A stretch of DNA of 63,326 nucleotides, counting the filler, from Catajapyx aquilonaris (lineage: Eukaryota): the NCBI GenBank assembly GCA_000934665.2. It is 4 parts of 4 records of this genome, joined end to end, with 100 filler letters (N's around TTAATTAATTAA, not from the genome) between each part and the next. Parts side by side here need not be neighbours in the genome. Positions count along the whole stretch, not along the records: positions 1 to 15,803 come from JYFJ02007403.1; positions 15,904 to 31,644 come from JYFJ02007404.1; 2 more parts are not named here. One strand, 5' to 3'. Each line of letters begins with the position of its first letter. Position 1 is the first letter of the stretch. This document shows, piece after piece, positions 13,084 through 22,700 of the stretch. The notes beneath the pieces were generated by a model. That model was not told where the DNA came from and made no database searches. It saw only the letters and a list, made by a program, of their open reading frames with translations. The position numbers and the translations under genes were made by a program.

Positions 13084-15803
13084 GGTCAAGTTGGGGGGAA
13101 AGTGAAAGTGTCGGTGTGTAATGTGAGTCTAGCCCCGACGGCGGGCAAAAGTTCTGATGGAAGTGTTGAGGAGATGGCATTGGACGCCTTACAGGACAGT
13201 GGAGAAGTACTTTCGACAAAGGGAAACGAATCCTCGCCCCATAGTGAGTGCATAGGAAGCGAAGTTCTAAGTTTAATAAATTGGAATGTGGCCGGAACAA
13301 GGGTGAGAGAGGCGCTGCAACAGTGCTATGATGAAATTCCGAATATTGAGGTTTTTGGTTGTGTGGAAACGTGGGATATGGTTAACAGCCATAAAAGTGT
13401 CGGAAAGGTCTGGACGTGCTATTACGAACAATCAAAGAAAGTGGCCAAGATGGGAAGATCAATGGGGGGTATGGCCCTTTGGATAAAGACTAAGTGGAAG
13501 CCGAAGCTCTGTCATACCTCACCAATTAGTATATTTGTTGAGCTGGAAGTCCCTATAGCTCCCCAGTTAATTTATGGTTTGATTTACATACCACCATTAG
13601 CTAATTATGACAGCTGTCTAACACAATTGGAAGAGAAAGTGACGGAATACTCCGAACAGGGTTATGAAATAGTCCTAGGAGGTGACTTTAATGCAAGAGT
13701 GGGAACGGAAAGCCAAATGATAACTACGATCGAAGGGGAAACGTCATTAATAAATCAAGAAAAATCATCAAAAGACTTAGTACAAAATACCAAAGGGAGG
13801 AAATTGCTCCAATTTTTGGAAAGGGTATCCATGATAATACTGAATGGTACAACAAAATCGGATAGAGTGGGGCATTTTACATTCTGCTCAAAAGTGGCAA
13901 ACACAGTACTTGATTACACAATAATTTCTCAAGGGTTAACAAACAGAGTGTTAGATTTCAAGGTATTGGATGTAACAGGTTCAGATCACTTCCCGCTTTG
14001 CACAAGTTTCGGGTCAACGCATACGCAAGTTAATCAATCAAGTACAAAAATTAAAGTAATTAACTGGAAGAAATTAGGGGAGTGTGAAGCAGAACTTCAA
14101 GAACAGGTAGAAGGTCTAAGTAGGGACTTGCTGAATACAAGGATGGAAACGCAAGAACTAGCCAATCAACTAACCATAGGACTACAGGGTATCCTAAGAA
14201 GAACGGGTGTTTTGGGTGAAAAAACAGATAAGGTAAAATCCAAAAGAGTAGAGGCTAACCCGTGGTACGACGAGGACTTAAAAACAGACAAGCGAAAATT
14301 AGCAACTGCTTTGCAGTGTTGGAAAAAGAATCCAATAGATAGTCTGCGACGAGATTACAGGACTCAGGCCCAAATGTACAAGAACGAATGCAGAGCCAAA
14401 GAAAAACTTTACTATAGTACAACAATACAAAAGCTCCTGGCAACAAAAAATACAAGTGACTTCTGGACTCTAGTCAATAAAAATAAGCGAGCGGGTAACG
14501 CAAGGAACAAATATAATATAGATGAAAAGCTTTGGCTAGATTACCTACAACGGTGGCACCAACCCAAGAATGACTTAAATATATTCATCCCAGCAAATAT
14601 GTTTTCCCTGATTAAGTTGGACCAACCCATTTATATTAATGAGTTGAAAATAACGCTAAAACGATTAAAAAATAAAAAGGCGGGTGGTCCGGACAAACTG
14701 CCCAACGAAATATTGAAGGTTGACTCAACTGAACAGAGGGAACTAATGCTAAAGATATTCAACGGGGTGATGGCGGAGGGCAAAATCCCCACAATATGGT
14801 CTTCGATCACTATAGTAGCAATACACAAAGCGGGCTTAGAAACGAACCCAGAAAATTACCGCCCAATTTCACTACTAAACAATTGCTTAAAAATATTTAC
14901 GTCATTGCTGGAAACTAGGTTGCGGGGATGGGTAGAAGAAAGTAAGATCCTAGCAGAGAATCAGGCAGGATTTCGGCGGAACAGAAGTTGCCAGGACCAC
15001 ATATTCGTCTTAACGATGCTAATACAAAAGTACACGACGAAAAAGAGGGGAAAATTATACGCATTATTTGTGGACTTAGCAAAGGCATTTGATTCGGTTG
15101 AGCACGTAAAGTTGTTTTATAAATTGGAAAAGTTAGGGGTCAGCTCGAGCCGGCTTATGAATTGTGTCAGGTCCCTGTACTCATCAGCAAATATAACATC
15201 AAACGATGGCAAAGTGAAAATACCGATAACTCGAGGAGTACTGCAGGGAGAGCCGCTGAGTCCGCTATTGTTTAACCTATATTTAGCCGATCTCCCGCGA
15301 ACTTTTGAAAAAGAAGGAGTAAAGGGGGTCAACTTTAATACCAATGACCCAGATATTAATTTTTTACAGTTTGCCGACGATTTGGTGATTTTGGCGAGTA
15401 ACCCGCTGGACATAAGAAAAAGTTTAAAAACGTTGACAAAATATTTTGATGAAAATGAACTCACATTAAATGCAGCTAAAACCAAGATGATAGTATTCAA
15501 GAAAGGAGGCATAAATTCGGCAAAGGATACATTTTATTGGAAAAATGCAAAAATAGAGACGGCAGTGGACTACAAATATCTGGGGATTCCGTTCGCAGCC
15601 TCGACGCAGACATTAAGAGCCTCGCAATATTTTGTAAATAAAGGAATGGCATCGATAAATGCGTTGTGGCCACTCCTAGTTAGACTAAAGATAAGGGACA
15701 TAAGGGTAGCCCTCAAACTGTTTGAAGCAAAGATAGTACCGACAGTGTTATACGGAGCTTGTTTTTGGGCATTGGATCGACAGAAGGAAATTGAAAGGGT
15801 TCA
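13084..15803 (+). mobile_element. LINE ORF2, APE endonuclease plus reverse transcriptase (RTE-X/L2-group-like), truncated at the contig end
   Basis: APE motifs NWNVAG, VETW, GGDFNAR, LDY, SDHFP. RT motifs NYRPISLL, QAGFR, FVDLAKAFDSV, GVLQGEPLSPLLF, FADD, YKYLG. No stops. The clade call is tentative. Confidence 0.95.
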
Positions 15804-15903
15804 NNNNNNNNNNNNNNNNNNNNNNNNNNNNNNNNNNNNNNNNNNNNTTAATTAATTAANNNNNNNNNNNNNNNNNNNNNNNNNNNNNNNNNNNNNNNNN
15901 NNN
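15804..15903. other. Artificial contig linker N44-TTAATTAATTAA-N44
   Basis: 100-nt spacer with stops in all six frames; identical copies at 31645-31744 and 47474-47573. Confidence 0.97.
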
Positions 15904-16208
15904 CCATGGGGCATATGTGGAGGCCTCCGTATCGATCTGTTTAGGTGACAGACAGAGAGACAGACAGACAGATATAGGTCTGGAAATATGTATTAGATTT
16001 ACGTGTGCACAATGGCCCATTTGAATAACTACACGGATCTGGTAGCATTGTCGTACGTAAATGTACTTGTGAACAGAGGAAAAAAAGTACAGTTTACATG
16101 ACAAAATATGCCGTACGTTACATTGCATTGCAATACGTAACATACTCTTGTAACCCAGGTACGGTCATACCGAGGGTGCCTTGAGGTGTTGCCTTTTGAT
16201 TGATTGAT

Positions 16209-16372
16209 CGGGGGTTAGCGCGAACGCAGTCCCCCACTACCAGAAATAACGCACTCGAGTTATCCACATTTGGGATAATCGCAGGGGTCAACCCAACCGT
16301 AGTGCAATGGAAGGGCCTCGCCCTGGGACAACCGCCTTGGTGATCAAGGTATGTCCCGTGCCAGGTAAGTAT
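16209..16372 (-). ncRNA. U1: U1 spliceosomal snRNA (variant)
   Basis: The minus strand reads ATACTTACCTGG..GATCACCAAG..ATTGCAC..ATTTCTGG (Sm site)..GGGGGACTGCGTTCGCGCTAACCCCCG; about 164 nt. Confidence 0.95.
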
Positions 16373-16763
16373 GCTTTTCCCACTGCCCACGGTCGCTCTC
16401 CATAGCGGGAGGGGACAAGCTCGCACCCCTTAGCCACACCCATGGAAAGGCTCTGGCAAATTAATTGGTCATTTAAAGAGGGAGGGGGTAATTGGGCCGG
16501 ATGGAGTGCAGTAGTAGGCCACCTTTGCACACGTGAGATGGACAATATTAAATCGCATTGTTGTGGGATAAATCGGAGAAGATGCGTAACGAGAGTTCGA
16601 CGCCAGCGCCATCTGTACGCGGGAAGCTGCCAGGAGACGATTGATTCCTGGCGGGAACGGTCAAAAAAAAAAAAAAAACGGAGAGGGCGAGTGCAGGGGG
16701 AGAGGGGATGAATGCGAGATGCAAATAAAAATGGACAAGATGCACTAAAACTGCAAAAGTGCA

Positions 16764-16877
16764 TGCCAAGTGCACCCGGCATTCCTATAGGCGGTCACCC
16801 ATCCAAGTACTACCCGGGCCCGACTTCGGGGATCGGACGAGAACCGGTGCTTTCAATAACGTGGTATGGCCCTAGGC
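16764..16877 (-). pseudogene. 5S rRNA pseudogene (inverted copy)
   Basis: Near-identical to the 16985 copy, but with a 3-nt insertion, a 2-nt insertion and a ~11-nt deletion removing most of box A (GAAGTTAAGCAACGTCGG becomes GAAGTCGG). Confidence 0.9.
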
Positions 16878-16984
16878 TGAGATACGATGGGAGTGAGGCT
16901 GTCATTTTTATGTGTACTGTGCAGTGTACCCACCATACCCACACATGCTGGATCCAAGTACCCCCACGATCCACTCACCCTCTC

Positions 16985-17104
16985 GCCAAGGGCCATACCA
17001 CGTTGAAAGCACCGGTTCTCGTCCGATCCCCGAAGTTAAGCAACGTCGGGCCCGGGTAGTACTTGGATGGGTGACCGCCTAGGAATGCCGGGTGCACTTG
17101 GCAC
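16985..17104 (+). rRNA. 5S: 5S rRNA
   Basis: GCCAAGGGCCATACCACGTTGAAAGCACCGGTTCTCGTCCGATCCCCGAAGTTAAGC..AGTACTTGGATGGGTGACCGCC..CTTGGCA; about 120 nt, followed by a TTTTT Pol III terminator. Confidence 0.95.
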
Positions 17105-17734
17105 CATTTTTATTTACTTCTTTTGAAATCTTCTGCTATTACTCTTCGCTCAGAATCTCTCATGGAGCGACCATGAACTCGTCTTTATCAAAATCAAGCC
17201 ACCAGGACTAGGCCTACCGACACAACCACACGTGTCTTGTGTGTATTGCTCTACACTACGCTCTACACCCTCTACTGGTGTGATATTAGGAGTTCTACTA
17301 AAATTGCCTGCATCATTCTGTGCATCACATCGGTCATGTTTATATCAGTAAACTTCCCTACTGTACAGTGCCTCCTCACGACCTCACCTGTCGCGGTGGT
17401 TGGCCCAAGGTCCCCATCTCACGACCTCCCTGGCTAAGGTCACTGGCCCTCCAAGGTCGATGATCTATAGCAGCGGGTTCAATCCGCGTCACTGCATCCG
17501 CGAAACTGCGGTCACAAGAGGAGAAACTGTATTTTGGCGCCCAAAGCAGGCAGGGGTCAGAACCTGTTCAAATAGTTGTGATTCCCATCACGAGACAGCC
17601 AGCGACGCCCTCCAACGGCTGGGAGTAGAAGGACTCACCGAAAATCGGAAAATCAGCACATGTGACTAGAGAAGTTGTGAGTTCCCTTCCTGCGGGTTTT
17701 GCCAAGTTCGCTGTTTCCAAAACACCTGGAAAAC

Positions 17735-18754
17735 ATGTCCCAGATGCAGCAGTTGAGGGCTGCCCTGCCAGGTACTGTGTCTCTGACCACTTGTCATGGA
17801 AGGAAGGGTGACAGGAGACTTACTTGCAGGGCCGTCCAGGAAGGCACGCAGCGTGTGGTTCGGAAGGATTACTTCTCAGCTGCCTGAGGCCTACAGGAAA
17901 TTCTGGAGGGAGTGGAAGGAAAAGGAGCCTCAGCCGGTGCACTGGAAGCCGGAGGAGGGCAAGTGGAAGAGGAATCCAGACACCGGAGAAGTGTAAGGAA
18001 CACTTGGTCAATGCGTACATGGGCAAAAAAAGGACGTACGCTGCATAATTATAGCGTATGGTATCAGGAAATATTCAGCGCAATTCAACAATGCCTGCGT
18101 ACTAAAGAGTGCATTAGGAGGAGGAAAGCAGTCTGGATAACATTTTTCATGTTGTGTTGCAGATCTCGGGTAGTGAACATCCCCATACCCACTTTGGAGA
18201 CTCCAGAGCAGCACCAGGGGATATGGGGAGGAGAGGAAATCATACAGGGCTTCCAGAAGAGGCATCCGTTACGTCGCAGGGTTCCTCACTTCTGGATGCC
18301 GTCGCTGAAGCGGTCTGTGGTCCACAGCGAGATACTGGACAAGTACTTGAGTGTCGTTGTCACGGAGCGAACCTTGACTCTCATTGATCAGCACCTGGGG
18401 TTTGATTATTACATACTGAGAACACCAGCGTGCGACCTGAAGTCAATTCTTGCATGTAAACTGAAGCGGCAGATGTATTATGTCCTTTTGAGCGAGGAGG
18501 GGGAGAAGAGGGGCTTGCATGAGAAGTATGGGGAGTACATGGTGCCTGCTGAAGAGGCAGAGTGGTACGGCCTGACTTTGAAGGAAGCAACTGATAAGAT
18601 GGTTGCCATCCTGGAGGAGAAGAGTAGGCCGCAGCCTCTCAAGCATAAGTTTAGGCAAGAACTGATCGAGGAACTCAGGCAAAATGTGCCTGATGAGGAC
18701 GAGAAGGACTCGGCCAAGTCTAAGTGGATACCTGGTTTCTTAAAATCCTCGTAA
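17735..18754 (+). CDS. MRPL28: Mitochondrial ribosomal protein L28, 3 coding exons
   Basis: Exons ~17735-17771, ~17830-17991 and ~18163-18754 with GT-AG introns. Motifs LPEAYRKFWREW, PVHWKP, GIWGGEEIIQGFQKR..RRVPHFWMPSLKRSVVHSEILD, GFDYYIL, EEAEWYGLT. Confidence 0.92.
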
Positions 18755-18994
18755 AAAATACGAATTAGATTACCAGTGGAAGGTAGATTATTATGTAAAC
18801 TGTCAAATTTGTCTCACCTAGAAAAATACTGCCCTGTGGTTCCATTTTATTGTGATGTCATGTTTTGCTACGTGGTAAATAAAATAGATAATACAACTTC
18901 ATTGTTGCTGCAAGGTTCACTGCTACGGAGAGTTGCTGATCCCCGCTAACTCTATACTTTAAAAAAAGTGCCTCCAAAAACATGTTGGATGTAG

Positions 18995-19508
18995 CATATC
19001 GTCGTCGGCAATGCAAAACGTTAAACCTCGTAACTCGCAATTTGGCCGAAATAGAGTTACTCATGTAGTTGTGTGCCGAAAAATTGTCCGCGTCGACCTG
19101 AAAAAGCTTGTATTTTTCGGACCAATGAGAGTGGGTGTTTAGGTCATGGGGCAAAACCACGTCACCAACAGCTAACCGAGATCGGCGGCAAGACCTCGTA
19201 TTTTTTTCACCAGCCACAATGGCGGCCATTCTTGTTTGTGATCACGTAGGCTTAAGTAAGGCAGTTACCATACCTACACTTATGCCCATGAGGTACTGCA
19301 CCTCTTCATGACGACAGGATTAAGTATTGTCAAACAATAATGATGCAATCAACCCATAAAGAAAAGTTAATATATAGGAGGTTTTGCAAGGCACTCATCT
19401 ACTGTGTAAGCAGAAATTTTGCGAGGTTTTGCACGAACATGTTTTTCCTTGTCCTGTAAAATGACATTATCGTGAGATACGAGGTTTTGCATTGCCGACG
19501 ACGATATG
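18995..19508. mobile_element. MITE with ~30-bp terminal inverted repeats
   Basis: CATATCGTCGTCGGCAATGCAAAAC at the left end and GTTTTGCATTGCCGACGACGATATG at the right end. Confidence 0.8.
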
Positions 19509-19747
19509 TTCCACTGATGATTGCCAATAACTACTTAATGTAAAGTACTATTGCACACAAAATGATGGGAGACAGCAGTGTTGGAGATGTAATTGCATGA
19601 GTGGCTAGAACTAAATTCACAAGGTGTAATCACTGGTCTTCAGCTATGACAATGCAATAACCAAATTATTAGCAAACAATCCTGACATTTATTTCAGCAA
19701 AAATATTACACTAAGATGACTACACAACAATGAAGGTTCAATAAGAC

Positions 19748-22700
19748 TTAGGACACTTTGCATTCAAATCCTTCTCGTGGGAAGCAATTCAATATGACTG
19801 CAGCAGCCCTCATCAAGTAGGTCATAGTGCCGAAGTTTCCACTTGGAGCGCTGTCATAAAAGTGAAGGCAGATGAACGCAGGGCCCTTGCAGGGGAGCTC
19901 GCCTGTTGCAGAGGTCAGCATCTCTCCCTTGGGCCTGGCACAACACAGGGTCGCATCTCCATTCACTTTGATCTGAAAGAAACTATTATAAGTACTCGTG
20001 CACGAAGTGATTTATATGCGACCTGACCTGATCTTCAATGAAGATCTGGTTGGCTCGATGTACAATGTGCTCAACTTCGATGGTAGATTGTATGTTCTGA
20101 GCAGCGTTGAACTCGGGTATGAGAGTCAGTACCATGAGGGCCTCAACTATCAACTGCCTGTACTCTGGTTGGGGGATAGAGTTCAGGACTATCTCTACCT
20201 GGAGAGCAAACTTCAGCTCGCCAGAGGTCATCTCCTGCGTAAGGCTTTGCGGAAGGAACTTGTCTGCTATTATGAGACCTTGGCACTGCAATACGAGATA
20301 CAAGTTATAGATCTGCTAGCATTTTATGCCAGGAAAAATATAAACACAGACACCGAATTCAGCAGACACCTGTCCATTATAACATCACAGAAGCTGTACT
20401 TCTCCGAATAATATAACATAAATAGGTGTAGCTACGAGAATTTTAGTGGTACAGTGAGATTCAACTAGTGCAAGTATTTTAACCTGCTGGGATTACAGTA
20501 ATTTCCTTACCCTCTCGAGGACCGTCCAGACCCTCGGATAGAAGTTCTTTGGAGCTCTGTTAAGAGCTCCATCCAGTTTCCGCCTCCTGAGCCACTGCCC
20601 CTGCCTCTCAGGAGAGTCCTGCTCTTCTTCCTCGGCAGCAGCAGACATGAGCACATCTTTTTTTTGCTGCTGCAGCCCTCCAACCTTGCTTTTGCTGACC
20701 ACTGTTCGCTTGCTTAGCACTACACTGAAATTGAGGTTTTGCTGGCTAGCCCGGATGCCAAACTCCTTCCCGCTGATTATCACCAAGAGGAGGTTCTTCA
20801 TCTCAAATGGGGAGAAGTTGATCAAGTGCTCCGAGGCCTCGTTGGTGTTGCATTCAAGGGAGCGGGCCAGCTCAGACACCATCACCTGTCATTGTTTGTC
20901 ATTAAATAATTAGTGAACTCACATCATAGTCCAAAGGCACTAACCTGTATGATCAGTCCAACCCTAAGTCGCAACATCTCATTAAATAAGTGTGGCTCAG
21001 TCCTAATGAACATCCCTAGGTACACAATGAGCTCTTGTGTGAGCATGGCAGTGCTTCGGTCACTCCCGTGTGTCTGGGCAATGGCAGCCCGAAGCTCTGC
21101 CTCTGGCAAGGGAGCAGTGATCGCCATCTCGTCGTGAGGGGGCATCCCAAAGGTGATTTGCTTCTGCCTGACCAGGATGTCACATACGGCCTTGGCTAGG
21201 TCTTCCACTCGCTTCCCCAACATTCCTGCAGTGTGGCGGACGAGGCCCCATCTCTTCTCATGGCAAGCTGTGTCATAGAGATTCTTCAGGTGGTCTTTTA
21301 CTGTCATATTGGCACCGTTTTCATCCTGACCTGTCAGGAGGAGAGAACCAGCAGTTTTAACATGCTACCAAAACGTACGTAGTTTGGATTTCAAATCTCG
21401 ATAGAATTTTACACCCATGAGTAACGGTAACACATGTTTCTGTCGATGGTAACATACGGATAATTACTATGAATGGGCATACCAGTCACGTACTCCAAGC
21501 CATGGTTAGTCATGAGCAAATGCAGGATGTCTCCCTTCTCATCTAGGTTGTCTGTCTCCTTCAATATCATCACCATCTCAGCTAGATCAGCTCCATTGAA
21601 GGAGGTGCTGTTTCCGCCTCCCCCAGCTCTGGTAGGCGTCACCTCCCGGATGGCTTCGAGCATCTGTTTGACTGGTGCAATGGGTGGTGGACTAGAGGGA
21701 TACTTCCCAGGTTGTTGGGTAGAGGTGCCAGACACAAACACTTTGGATTCTGACACCAGTCCCAAGGAGCGCTCATTGACTGCAATAGACCTGCTGCGAC
21801 GGATGCTCCCGTGGTGGGACATGCGGCGGTGTGGGTCAAACAGGGGTCGACGGGCTGATTTGACACTAATACAAGATGGGCGGAAGCGTTGTGCGCAGAG
21901 TGAATTCTCCAGGTGCTCTAGAAATTCCTGAATATCCGGGTCAAGTTTCTCCGAGGTACTATCCTCGGAATACAAGAAGTTCAGGCTGGTCATGCACGAC
22001 GTATGGAGGAAATCATTCAGGTTGCCCATCATCACTCTGCACAAAAGAACAAGCATAGGACTTGGTGAGACACAGACTGAGTATTACATCGTTTTGATTT
22101 TATTATTTTAGTGGTTCTGATGTAATGGATAATGGCTGAGTACTGCACTGCAATGTGGCAACTATTGTTAACAGCGTTACTGAAGAGGTTTCGGCAAAGT
22201 TTTGTCAACTATTGTTGCAACTATTTTTCTTAATTGTGAACAAGTTAAAATTTTTCCAGCATCGAGTCATTACAAGTTACATTCTTTAAGACCATTCACA
22301 TACCAAGTGATGTGTGTCTTACAGGCAATTAGATGGTGCATTACATAACATTTGCTGTGCTTACCTGGTTCCAGTGGTGTATCCGCTCTTCAGCTTCTTC
22401 ATGGTGGAAATCAAAGCCATCGGTATCTTTCCACTTTCTGCATCAAAGAAATGTCACATTTTAATCTAACAGTTCAACTTCTAAAAGCTGCTTAGTTAGT
22501 CACGCACATGGTGCACACCCTCACATACTCCGCAACCAAAAAAGCAGTGAAGAGGTAACCTTCCACACTTACCCTTCAGTAAATGCCTACCGATGGAAAG
22601 GATCACAATAGGATCAGGCCAAGTGCGCCACCAGCATTTAGAGAGGTCTCTCAGAGCCTCTTCCAAATTTTCAGCTAATAAATCAATATCATTTTCCAGG

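Noticed and set aside
15848..15859. TTAATTAATTAA motif recurring at ~15.8-kb intervals, considered as a biological repeat or piggyBac site
   Set aside because: It is always centred in N runs of identical length, so it is a synthetic linker.
17160..17180. CATGGAGCGACCATG resembling the sequence upstream of U1, considered as a second snRNA promoter
   Set aside because: The match is short and no recognisable snRNA follows it.
17430..17490. tRNA gene suggested by GGTTCAATCC
   Set aside because: I could not build a cloverleaf or acceptor stem, and the A box is imperfect.
17912..18162. N-terminal part of the 280-aa ORF as real protein
   Set aside because: It reads exon 2 out of frame and then through an intron; the spliced mRpL28 model explains the region.
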